IMG/VR virus record: IMGVR_UViG_3300044998_000395
Coordinates: 1 to 61,544 of that record
DNA from: a virus
Taxonomy: Duplodnaviria; Caudoviricetes
Length of the DNA stretch: 61,544 nt
Strand: one strand, 5' to 3'
How positions within the stretch are numbered: the first letter of the stretch is position 1; the number at the start of each line of letters is the position of its first letter. Under the pieces are notes generated by a model. It was not told where the DNA came from. It worked only from the letters and a program-made list of their open reading frames with translations, and did not search any database. Of this stretch, positions 16,433 through 24,814 are shown piece after piece. The position numbers and the translations under genes were made by a program.

Positions 16433-17290
16433 TCACATGTCTTCGCGCTTCTCCGCCGCGGGACCGCCGGCGTCGACCGGCGCGTCGTCGTCGTAGTTGG
16501 CGCGCAGGAGGTTGTTCTGGTAGGCCTCCTCGAAGTCCTTGTTGAGCTTCGCGAGGTTGTCGTAGAGCTCCTTGTCGGTGACCCAGGGAGCGACGCCTTC
16601 GACCGTCGGGTTGCGGATGTCCCACCCGAACCACGAGCCCTTCTCGTTCTTGCGCGGCTCGGGGTTGACGACGGCCTCGAAGACACAGCCGAACATGTCA
16701 GCCTGCCGCATCTTGATCATCGACGCGAGCTGGCGGCCGCTCTTGTGCTCGGCACGAGCGAACGACATCACCGCGGGCATGAGGCCGATCTCGTGGTTGA
16801 ACAGCGCGACGATGAACGTGATGTGCTCGACGTGCCGCACCTTCTCGATGGTCCGGTCGTTGAACTTGTAGCCCTGCTCGATCCACGTGTCACGGTTCGT
16901 CGCCTTGCGGGCGAGCTCGCTCTTCTGGTCGAGCGTGCGGGCGAGGATCGCCGGCACCTGGCCCTTGAGCTCGATCGGCGCCCAGGTGACGTACTCGGGA
17001 TACTGGATGATCGGGATGATGTGGAACGGCGTGCCAGCCTTCGCCACCACGACGTCGGCCGGCCGGAGGATCGTGGTCCCCTTGCCGAACGCGTCCTGCA
17101 GCGCGTCGTCAGACTGCTTCTGCACGACCTTGAACAGCGGCGGAGTAACGAACTGCGCGAGGCGTTCGGTGCCCAGCGCTTCCTTGCCGCGCTTGATGAA
17201 GTCCGGTGCCGGCGCCGCGAGAGCTCCCGCGGGCTGCACCTTCGTGATGCCCTTGTCTGCCATGATTGAACCTTTCGTATGGACGAACAT
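16433..17290 (-). CDS. Putative single-stranded DNA-binding protein (start may be 17263)
   Basis: Position in the replication cluster, KNEKGSWFGWDI OB-like strand and acidic C-terminal tail. Confidence 0.55.
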   Translation of the reverse strand: MFVHTKGSIMADKGITKVQPAGALAAPAPDFIKRGKEALGTERLAQFVTPPLFKVVQKQSDDALQDAFGKGTTILRPADVVVAKAGTPFHIIPIIQYPEYVTWAPIELKGQVPAILARTLDQKSELARKATNRDTWIEQGYKFNDRTIEKVRHVEHITFIVALFNHEIGLMPAVMSFARAEHKSGRQLASMIKMRQADMFGCVFEAVVNPEPRKNEKGSWFGWDIRNPTVEGVAPWVTDKELYDNLAKLNKDFEEAYQNNLLRANYDDDAPVDAGGPAAEKREDM

Positions 17291-17307
17291 TCAGTACTGT
17301 GACCGAC

Positions 17308-17892
17308 TTACTGCTTGGCCTCCTTCCTGACCTCGTTGAGGTCGACGTCAGTGCGCTTACGAACCGAGGTGGAGTACTTCGGCTTCGTGTTGTCGGGGTC
17401 GATGCCGTCGGGCAGGGGCTTGCCCTGCTGCGTCAGCTCCGTGCAGTACTCGACCATCCGCGGCCAGTGAGCCGTGAGCAGGCCGAGCTGGATCGTTTCT
17501 TCGGGCACGCCCAGTGACTTCATGAGCATGCCATAGCGGGTCGGCTCTTTCGTGAAGGAGGGACACGTCGCTTGGATCTTGAGGTCGGGCGTGCAGATCG
17601 CGACGTTGCCCTTGACGGACCGGTCCTTCGCCGCCGCGCCGCTTGACACGTACACGGCGCACAGGATGTTGTCGAAGAGCTCGCGCATCGCGCCAGCTTC
17701 CTTCTTCAGGTCCTCGAAGATGTCGAACATCTGCTTGACGAAGTAGATCACGTCGGCCCGGTCTTCCTGGGTGATGCCGGCCTTCGCGTCCTTCATCTTG
17801 TCGCTGATCGCCTTGAGCTTCTTGTACATCTCGGCGTGGAAGGCTTCGGCCTCCTCGTGAGCAACGACCGCGGTCTTCAGTGCTGTATGCAT
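17308..17892 (-). CDS. Hypothetical replication-module protein
   Basis: GGAG RBS, 194 aa, ends in a GKPLPDGI motif common upstream of phage SSB genes. Confidence 0.7.
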   Translation of the reverse strand: MHTALKTAVVAHEEAEAFHAEMYKKLKAISDKMKDAKAGITQEDRADVIYFVKQMFDIFEDLKKEAGAMRELFDNILCAVYVSSGAAAKDRSVKGNVAICTPDLKIQATCPSFTKEPTRYGMLMKSLGVPEETIQLGLLTAHWPRMVEYCTELTQQGKPLPDGIDPDNTKPKYSTSVRKRTDVDLNEVRKEAKQ

Positions 17893-18266
17893 ACTGTCTC
17901 CAAGTTGACGCGGCGTTCCTCGTACCCACCGGTGCTCGCGTTGAACACCACAAGATGGAGAGGGGACTGTCCGCAGTACATGACGAGCGCTGACAAGGCG
18001 AGCGACGTCGTGAGCAACGGCGGCGTGATGCAGAAGCGATCCACCTCGGGATCGAACCGCACCTCGCGGAGTCGCCGCACGACGTCCTGCATGAACAGGT
18101 CACAACGCAGGACGGACGACCGGCGCTGCCCAGACGGGAAGAGCACGTTGAGCTCGCCGTAGCTTTGCAAGCCGTCGGTCGAGACCTTGGGTTGTTCGAT
18201 GATGAAGACCCTATTCATGTGAGCAGCTGTCGTCGTTACAGACGCCTCCGTATTGCGGACGGTCAC
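17877..18266 (-). CDS. Hypothetical protein (likely start MNRVFIIEQ at 18218)
   Basis: alpha/beta pattern, in operon. Confidence 0.6.
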   Translation of the reverse strand: MTVRNTEASVTTTAAHMNRVFIIEQPKVSTDGLQSYGELNVLFPSGQRRSSVLRCDLFMQDVVRRLREVRFDPEVDRFCITPPLLTTSLALSALVMYCGQSPLHLVVFNASTGGYEERRVNLETVCIQH

Positions 18267-18411
18267 GACGACCGCAGTTGCGACAACCGCGGCGCGGCCA
18301 ATCCGTCGAGTCCTTGTTCGTTGGGTCGGGCTGGACCTTCGAGTCGTCGTACGGCGGCATTGCCTCGATCATGGCCCGTCCGTCCTCGCCCAGCTTCCAG
18401 TTGGTACCCAT
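18211..18411 (-). CDS. Small hypothetical protein with CxxC motifs
   Basis: AGGA RBS plus ACAGT motif before ATG. Confidence 0.5.
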   Translation of the reverse strand: MGTNWKLGEDGRAMIEAMPPYDDSKVQPDPTNKDSTDWPRRGCRNCGRRDRPQYGGVCNDDSCSHE

Positions 18412-18650
18412 ACTGTATCCTGTCTTCTGGCTGTGTCAAACGGAAACCGTTATTGCTTGCACAATGAGCCGGCCGGGCCGGCATGCACGTGCCGCATGCA
18501 CACGTTGTCAAGTACTTGACCCGTTCCTTGAGCTTGGACCGCACGCTCTCGAAGGATCTCTCGAGCGTGGGTGACAAGATCTTGCACGCCTTTTAGTACG
18601 TGACCTTCCGGTCTACGACGAGACGGGCGTACTGCGTAACGAGGATCAGC

Positions 18651-19697
18651 TCAGGTTCTTTCCACCGCATTGCCGCCCTCCATCGTCTTGATGATGTCAT
18701 CCAGCTCCGCGAGCAGATCTTGGTTGAGCGCGTACTGCGCCTTCTTACGAAAGTCACGCAGCCGGTCGAGAGGCGACTTGGCAGACGGGATGAACCACTT
18801 CCGCACGTGCCGCAAGATGGACTTCGCGGCCTCGGTCACGAGCTGCCACTTGAGCCCGGCCGCTTGTGCCTTCTCGACTTCCTCTTGATTCGTCACAGGG
18901 ACTACGTCGGGTGGCACGGTGCGCTCGATCGCGGCGATGATCCGTGACTGGGCGCCAACATGCGACGTGACGTACTCGACATCGGGCGCTCTCGAGCTGA
19001 CGAGCTCCGCCGCGCGATCATCGTCTCGGTCAGCCCAGATGCGCGAGGTCGCATACTTGACGTTGAACCCGTCAACCATTCCGCGGTCGCGGTCAAGCGG
19101 CAGTTCCTCCGGACGGAACGCGTACCCATGCTTCATGTCCTTCAGCGTCGTGACGTATAGACCGCCAACGTAGATGCGACCCGCCTGGTCGTCGCTAAGC
19201 ACCCCGTGTAGCGACGGGTCGATCATGTTGGGCTTGATCTCGTCCCACGTCTGCTGGCCGACGCCATACACGAGGAACTCGACGCCCCACTCGGAGTTCT
19301 CCTCTTGGTGGACGTTGATCTTCAGGACTTCGCAGTCGAAGTTCTCGTCATGCTCGATGACAGGAACCCAGAACTCGTTGTCCATGATCACACGAACTGG
19401 GTAGCCCATCCGAGCCAGCACGAGCAGCGCGAGCTTGTAGCCCTCACCGAACTTGCCGCGCAGGCCCTTATCGTTGTCCTTGTCAGTCTCGCCGAGCAGT
19501 AGCGTCTTACGATCGAGACGACCGTCGCTCGTCTTGATGCGAAGCTGCTGGTTGTCAGGGTCATACTTGACCTCAGCCGTGCAGCCAGGCGACCGGTCCC
19601 GTTGGTCGTATGCGTTCTGCACGAGCTCGCGGACGGCTTCCCAGAAGCCCCAGTGAGCGGCGTACTTCGGCGACAGAGTGAGTGTGTATTGTTTCAT
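18651..19697 (-). CDS. GHKL/HATPase-domain protein
   Basis: AVRELVQNAYD (N box) and GKFGEGYKLALLVL (G box). Confidence 0.8.
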   Translation of the reverse strand: MKQYTLTLSPKYAAHWGFWEAVRELVQNAYDQRDRSPGCTAEVKYDPDNQQLRIKTSDGRLDRKTLLLGETDKDNDKGLRGKFGEGYKLALLVLARMGYPVRVIMDNEFWVPVIEHDENFDCEVLKINVHQEENSEWGVEFLVYGVGQQTWDEIKPNMIDPSLHGVLSDDQAGRIYVGGLYVTTLKDMKHGYAFRPEELPLDRDRGMVDGFNVKYATSRIWADRDDDRAAELVSSRAPDVEYVTSHVGAQSRIIAAIERTVPPDVVPVTNQEEVEKAQAAGLKWQLVTEAAKSILRHVRKWFIPSAKSPLDRLRDFRKKAQYALNQDLLAELDDIIKTMEGGNAVERT

Positions 19698-19736
19698 AAG
19701 CGGCTGCCGAGCCGTTAAGCTGGGCAGTCCTGTAAG

Positions 19737-20483
19737 TCAGATGGGCTTACGACCGCGGAACCAGCGGTTGAGGTAGTCGAAGAACCGCTGCACCGGACCG
19801 CGCATGCCGAGCCACGTGTCGAGGAAGGAGAAGATATCGTCCACGTCCACGTCGCCGTCACCATCCTCGTCGAGCGTGTGGTACTCGATCCACTCGATGT
19901 GCGGCCACAGCGCGATTCCGTACGACGCGTCACCGAACTCGGATCGCCCGCTGCGTGACACGCTCACGGCCACCGCGGCCAACTCGCCGTTCACGACCCA
20001 GCCACCTCCTGAGTCGTTCTCGGCGAACTGCGCCTCGTGCGGACCGCCGTCGGCATCGAACGTCGATGCGACCCACGTGCCGACCAGTTCAACGCGGTTC
20101 GTGCCGACCAGCGGCAGCCGCGGGAATCCCCACGGGCCGCCAACGACGCCCGTCCGCCCGAACCCGAGCATCAGCGACTCGGCGCTCGGCTCGTTCACGC
20201 CGGACTTGCGCGGCGGGTACCAGCGAGGCAGCTTGCGGTCGACGCGCAGCAGGGCGAGGTCGGCCCACGGGTGTTGCACGCGCTCAAGGACCTTGTACTC
20301 CTCGTGGTTGATCCGCACCACGGTACCAGTCCACGTATGGGCAGCAGTGATGCACCAGCGCGCAGCGATCGGGATGGCGGTCGATCCGTTGTAGTCGCCG
20401 ACCGCGTGTTGTTCGTACTCGTCGATCGGTCTCTCGGCTAAGATCATGTCAGTCCTCCATGGCAGATGGGTCAAAGGAGACAA
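19737..20483 (-). CDS. Trypsin-like serine protease with C-terminal dockerin-like motif (start probably 20447)
   Basis: Catalytic triad motifs ITAAH, DLALLRV, NDSGGG. C-terminal DEDGDGDVDVDDIFSFLDTW. Confidence 0.8.
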   Translation of the reverse strand: MSPLTHLPWRTDMILAERPIDEYEQHAVGDYNGSTAIPIAARWCITAAHTWTGTVVRINHEEYKVLERVQHPWADLALLRVDRKLPRWYPPRKSGVNEPSAESLMLGFGRTGVVGGPWGFPRLPLVGTNRVELVGTWVASTFDADGGPHEAQFAENDSGGGWVVNGELAAVAVSVSRSGRSEFGDASYGIALWPHIEWIEYHTLDEDGDGDVDVDDIFSFLDTWLGMRGPVQRFFDYLNRWFRGRKPI

Positions 20484-22452
20484 GGCGCTTGAGGATCTCT
20501 CGCACGTCGCCCGCCTCCATGGCGACTTGCTTCTTCGACTGGAGCTTGCTCAGGATCTCGACGTCGATCGTACCCGGTACGATGAAGTCACGGTATTGGA
20601 TCGACTGCCGGCAACGGCCGCGCCCGTGGTTACGGTCCTCGGACTGCCAGCGTTGGACGCCCGACCAGTTGCATGCGTAGTACCATGCCTCACTGGCATT
20701 GGTCGTGTAGGCGTCGGGGTTGCTCGCGTCATAGCCCGGCAGGTTGAGACCCACGCCACCCGCAGCCGGGTTGCCGAGGAACACTTTGTACTTGGGATCG
20801 AGGTTGAAGCAACGCTCGGCCTCGGCGCGGTCAGCCTCGCTCATCCCGCCGTAGTAAAGCACGTGCGGGATGCCCTCAGCCGTGAGACGCTCGGAGATCT
20901 TCTTGATGACCGGGACCCAGCAGCACCACACGATCGTCTTATCGTCGGGGCCACGGGCCTTGAGCCCCTCGACGATGGCATCGAGCTTCGGCACCTCGTC
21001 GAACCACTTGATGCGGTCGGCGCCCGACTTGATCGGGTTACCGTCATCATCGTACTCGGCGTCCACGACGACGTACCCGGCCGTGATCTGGGACAGCCGC
21101 AGCAACTTCGTAAGGGTGTTGTTGATGGTGATGGCCGAGGGCGAGTCGTCGAGCGCGTCTTGGATCTCGGCCGCGAGCTCGGAGGACACCTTGCGGTAGA
21201 CCTCCTTCTGCTTCGGGCTCATCCCGCACTCTTCGAGCAGGTACGTCTTCTCCGGCAGCGAGGGCATCGCTTCCTTCTTAGTGATGGAGAAGGACACGCG
21301 TGCGAGCCGCTCGTGCAGCATCGGCAGGTTCTGGAAGCCGACGAGCACCTTCGCGCCTTGATAGTTGTCCTCGCCATTCTCGGAGTACTTGTTGTAGAAG
21401 GACCGGAACTCCTTCCACTCGACGAAGCCGGACATGCCCTCTCCCAGCCACTCGAGCGGGAAGTAGAGGTCAAGTAGCGAGTTCGTGACGGGCGTGCCCG
21501 TGAGAGCGAGGCGACGCTCACACTTCTCACGCAGCTTCACCATCGCGTTGGCACGCTTGGCCCACGGCGACTTGAACATGTGCGCCTCGTCGGCGATGCC
21601 CAAGTCCCAGTTGAACATCTGGAGCGCGTCCCACGACTTCTGCAAGGTCTCGTAGGACGTGATGACCACGTTGAACATGCTGCCCGGTTCGTCCTCGGCG
21701 ATCTCGATGAGCTGCTTCACGCGGTGAAGCTTGCCACCGCGCAGCACGACGACGCGACCGGGGACCGTGCAGAACTTCTGGATCTCTCGAGCCCAGTTGG
21801 CCTTCACGTTCTTCGGGCACACGACGATGCAGTAGTACGGCTTGCCGGTCCGTGTGTACTTCTCGCGGGCAAGGTGACACATCACCGCGATGGCGGTGGG
21901 CGTCTTACCCGTGCCCTGCTCCATGAAGAGCGCGTACCCTTCGGACTCGATGGCGTTCCACGCCGCGCACCGCTGGTACGCAGCAAGCGGGAACTCCGGG
22001 TGCTCGACCCAGCCAGCCGGCGGGTCGGGAAGCTGCCCGGTCTCCTTGAACACGGCGGTGCGCTGCGCACACATCGTCTGCTCCATGAACCGGAGCAGCA
22101 AGTAGTTGTACGTCGTGCGGGCGGTCTCGTCAGTGAACGTGATGCGGTCCTGCGGCCAGACGGCATTCGTCACCATCACATTGAAGTCCGTGGCCGCGAC
22201 CTTCCACCGGCCGTAGCCCAGCTCTTCACGCTCTTGCGTACGTGCGAACCAGTCAAGCGTAGCCGCACGGGACGCCGGGCCTCGTTGGCCCGCCGCCGTC
22301 GCCACTGCTTGCATGATGAACTCGTTCGCCGTCTGGCCCATCCCGATCTCAAGCCGGTCGTTCGGCATGAGGGGCACCGGGCTCAAGAGCTGAGCCGTCG
22401 CGTCGTTGAGCGGCTCGAGAACGTGCTTGGCGATTTCCGTTGCCGTGGTCAT
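20449..22452 (-). CDS. SNF2-family DEAH helicase
   Basis: MEQGTGKT, DEAH, LTGTP, GGVGLNL, QSEDRNH. Confidence 0.92.
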   Translation of the reverse strand: MTTATEIAKHVLEPLNDATAQLLSPVPLMPNDRLEIGMGQTANEFIMQAVATAAGQRGPASRAATLDWFARTQEREELGYGRWKVAATDFNVMVTNAVWPQDRITFTDETARTTYNYLLLRFMEQTMCAQRTAVFKETGQLPDPPAGWVEHPEFPLAAYQRCAAWNAIESEGYALFMEQGTGKTPTAIAVMCHLAREKYTRTGKPYYCIVVCPKNVKANWAREIQKFCTVPGRVVVLRGGKLHRVKQLIEIAEDEPGSMFNVVITSYETLQKSWDALQMFNWDLGIADEAHMFKSPWAKRANAMVKLREKCERRLALTGTPVTNSLLDLYFPLEWLGEGMSGFVEWKEFRSFYNKYSENGEDNYQGAKVLVGFQNLPMLHERLARVSFSITKKEAMPSLPEKTYLLEECGMSPKQKEVYRKVSSELAAEIQDALDDSPSAITINNTLTKLLRLSQITAGYVVVDAEYDDDGNPIKSGADRIKWFDEVPKLDAIVEGLKARGPDDKTIVWCCWVPVIKKISERLTAEGIPHVLYYGGMSEADRAEAERCFNLDPKYKVFLGNPAAGGVGLNLPGYDASNPDAYTTNASEAWYYACNWSGVQRWQSEDRNHGRGRCRQSIQYRDFIVPGTIDVEILSKLQSKKQVAMEAGDVREILKRLVSFDPSAMED

Positions 22453-22473
22453 GTACTGTGTCCTGTGGAGATC

Positions 22474-22501
22474 ATTATACCCCAGATTCCCAGGATGTCA
22501 A
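22474..22501 (-). promoter_or_regulatory. Sigma70-like promoter with consensus hexamers, driving the replication operon
   Basis: TTGACA-N16-TATAAT. Confidence 0.8.
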
Positions 22502-23196
22502 CCAATCTGCGGGAAAAGATTGCCGATCTTGTTGCGCACCTGCTCAATGAGCGACTCCGCGTCTGTGTGTCCCCACGGAAGGCCCCACTTATCCGCGCAC
22601 ACGGGGCCATAGCCCGCCGTGACGGACTCCTTCGTCTCAAGGTGACGCTGGCAGAAGCAGCACTGGCCCGTGACTCGGCCGTTCAACGTAGCCGCGCCTA
22701 CCGGGTCTATCTCCATCACGACGAGCGTTGCGAGCGCAGTGTCGTTGAGCGTCTCGCCGCTGATGACTGTCACTGACCCGTCGGGCCGGATGCGAGCAAC
22801 GAAGCGGTCCTGCACGATCACGAGGCACGCGTCGCGGCCCTTGTTGAGCTTGACCTTCACCGGCACGCCGAACGCGCCGAGCTCGATGCACGGCCGTTCA
22901 AGCTTCACGGTCGTGAGCAGCGTGTAAAGACGAGGTAACCGGAAGTCAGCCGGCGTCTCGACGCTGCGCTCGCTCGCCTCCTTCACGATGAAGTGAACCC
23001 AGCACCACTGCTTCTCGCTTAAGCGAGGCGCCTGAGCCGCAAGGTCTTGGGCGAACGGCGACGTCACCTCGCCGTCGGTGATGAGCTTCTTGAGGATCGT
23101 GAGAGCTTGGTCGTTCGTACGACCCGCGTCGTCGAACGAAACGAGGATGCCTTTACGCATTACTGTACGTTGCATAAACCGGACGCGGGCGGTCAA
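22498..23196 (-). CDS. DUF6011-like Zn-finger protein (likely ATG start at 23160)
   Basis: GQCCFCQRHLETKESVTAGYGPVCA. Confidence 0.75.
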   Translation of the reverse strand: MTARVRFMQRTVMRKGILVSFDDAGRTNDQALTILKKLITDGEVTSPFAQDLAAQAPRLSEKQWCWVHFIVKEASERSVETPADFRLPRLYTLLTTVKLERPCIELGAFGVPVKVKLNKGRDACLVIVQDRFVARIRPDGSVTVISGETLNDTALATLVVMEIDPVGAATLNGRVTGQCCFCQRHLETKESVTAGYGPVCADKWGLPWGHTDAESLIEQVRNKIGNLFPQIG

Positions 23197-23220
23197 GCAC
23201 CGCGCCCGGCGAGAGGGTGC

Positions 23221-23418
23221 TTACTGCTTCGCGAGCCGTTCACGGCGTCGCTTGTTGTTCGCGTCCATCCGACGACGAGCACCGTCCTCGTCGCCGTCCT
23301 TGATGATGGTGCGGATGTAGTCCGCGTTCTTCCCGAGGTCTTGGGCGATGCTTGCCGCAGACTCGCCATTCCGGGCGCGTGCCCGGATCGACTCACGATC
23401 ACTTGCTGTCAGACGCAT
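23221..23418 (-). CDS. Small helix-turn-helix DNA-binding protein
   Basis: LTASDRESIRARARNGESAASIAQDLG HTH pattern. AAAGGAG RBS. Confidence 0.7.
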   Translation of the reverse strand: MRLTASDRESIRARARNGESAASIAQDLGKNADYIRTIIKDGDEDGARRRMDANNKRRRERLAKQ

Positions 23419-23579
23419 TGCGAAACTCCTTTCAGAGAGGTGGGAATCAGGAGTGACTCAGGCGGCTGGTCGGCGTCATGGCAGTCGAGGGCCGTCGTGC
23501 CCGCCTTTTCCTGAGTTACTCCTGAGGCCCACGCCTCAGCAGAGAGCGATGAACGCGAGGATGCAGAGGATGAACTGCT

Positions 23580-23759
23580 TCACATGCACCCCGCGATCTG
23601 CATCAGAGCGAAGCCGAAGCCGATGAGGCCAGCCGCGACGATGAACGGGAGGAAGTTGAACGGCTTGCGAGTCTCGATGACTTCCTGCTCCGGAGCGAAC
23701 TCCTTGAGCCAGTTGTCCATCGCGCCAGTCACTCGGTTGCGGTTGGGGTAGTTGATCAT
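23580..23759 (-). CDS. Small membrane protein (59 aa, not in ORF track)
   Basis: MINYPNRNR...FLPFIVAAGLIGFGFALMQIAGCM. The ATG lies about 7 nt below the -10 box, so possibly leaderless. Confidence 0.55.
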   Translation of the reverse strand: MINYPNRNRVTGAMDNWLKEFAPEQEVIETRKPFNFLPFIVAAGLIGFGFALMQIAGCM

Positions 23760-23765
23760 GGTACT

Positions 23766-23796
23766 AGAATATCGGATACAACTGGCCGCGAGTCAA
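23766..23796 (-). promoter_or_regulatory. Putative promoter, 19-bp-spacer class
   Basis: TTGACT-N19-TATTCT containing GTATCCGATATT. Confidence 0.55.
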
Positions 23797-23875
23797 TCAA
23801 TCGACCAACTTTCTCTCTGCTTCAGAGCGACGTAATGCCGTTTATGCAGGCTATGTCACGAGGGTATTTCCTGTA

Positions 23876-24014
23876 GCCGATAACAACCGGTGTTTCTACG
23901 CTTCTAGACGCTATTTCGTCTAGATGGCTTCTAAACGGGCCCGCCTGACGGACGGGTCGATATACCAGACTAGTTGTCGGGATGCACCAGGCCTACCCGT
24001 CGGGCAGCAGTTTG
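23876..24014. repeat. Non-coding element A, copy 2
   Basis: Ungapped degenerate match to 4883-5021. Confidence 0.85.
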
Positions 24015-24107
24015 AAGCCTGTTTCCCCTGTCGTAGCCCGCATCGACGACAGTCGTGATACGGGAAACATAGATGATACGCTTTTGTGATTTCATCAACC
24101 AAAGCAG

Positions 24108-24138
24108 TTGTCTTGCGGTCTCGCGTATTCGATATTTA
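24108..24138 (+). promoter_or_regulatory. Putative divergent promoter, 19-bp-spacer class
   Basis: TTGTCT-N19-TATTTA containing GTATTCGATATT. Confidence 0.5.
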
Positions 24139-24210
24139 GTTGTCAACGAAAGGATGCAACGGCGTCGATAAAGCGGCCCTCATCGCTCAACGTGAAGTGA
24201 AAGGAACGAA

Positions 24211-24471
24211 ATGAACCTCACGTCTGCATCGCTCGCTCTCTTCCTCGCTCTCGTTGACGACGCACCCAACTGGAGCGGCTGTCCGCCCATCGCGACGAAA
24301 GGCCGAGGCGGCAACGTCGAGTTGAAGCCGGGTGAAACCGGCAACCTCACTGACTTGCAGGCCAAGGGCCTCATCAAGCTCGACTGGGATCCTGAGTCGA
24401 GGCTCAACTGGGTCACGTTCACTGAGGCCGGCGAGAAGCTCGCGGCCGAACACGGAAAGGGGATCCGATGA
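24211..24471 (+). CDS. Hypothetical protein, possible winged-helix
   Basis: AAAGGA RBS. LTDLQAKGLI...WVTFTEAGEKLA resembles a wHTH wing. Confidence 0.65.
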   Translation: MNLTSASLALFLALVDDAPNWSGCPPIATKGRGGNVELKPGETGNLTDLQAKGLIKLDWDPESRLNWVTFTEAGEKLAAEHGKGIR

Positions 24472-24614
24472 TCATCAAGTGCAACAACCGCTTTCTCGTC
24501 GTCCTTGCTGACTTTGCGTACGAGTGGACCTCCTCACGTGAGGAAGCCACTGTCCTCGACGCGTCGTCAGCCGCGCGTTGGTCCGCACTCATTCCCGGCA
24601 CGGAGGTTTTATGA
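24468..24614 (+). CDS. Small hypothetical protein
   Basis: ATGA overlaps at both ends. MIIKCNNRFLVVLADFAYEW... Confidence 0.45.
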   Translation: MIIKCNNRFLVVLADFAYEWTSSREEATVLDASSAARWSALIPGTEVL

Positions 24615-24814
24615 CTGGCACTATCCTTGCGCCCGACCTCATGGGCAAGCGCTTCATCGTTCACGAGGTGATCGGCGAAGTCGTGTCTCTGCCCAGCAAT
24701 GTCCGCGACACGATGTACTGCGTCATCATCAACGACCCATCTTGCGGCGAGCACGAAGAGATGTACGATCTGCCCGGCCGCGACCTCATCTTTGATCATC
24801 ACGAGCCCACGTGA
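24611..24814 (+). CDS. Small hypothetical protein
   Basis: GGAGG RBS before ATG 24611. Confidence 0.55.
   Translation: MTGTILAPDLMGKRFIVHEVIGEVVSLPSNVRDTMYCVIINDPSCGEHEEMYDLPGRDLIFDHHEPT

Noticed and set aside
18263-18577. 104-aa minus-strand ORF as a confident gene
   Set aside because: Half overlaps the better-supported 18211-18411 ORF and it has no clear RBS or motif
23920-24102. Element A as a duplicated small protein-coding gene (NCCPTG...VWYIDPS)
   Set aside because: The equivalent frame is open in copy 1, but differences are clustered and mostly non-synonymous. No RBS is evident, and the third copy is only a fragment
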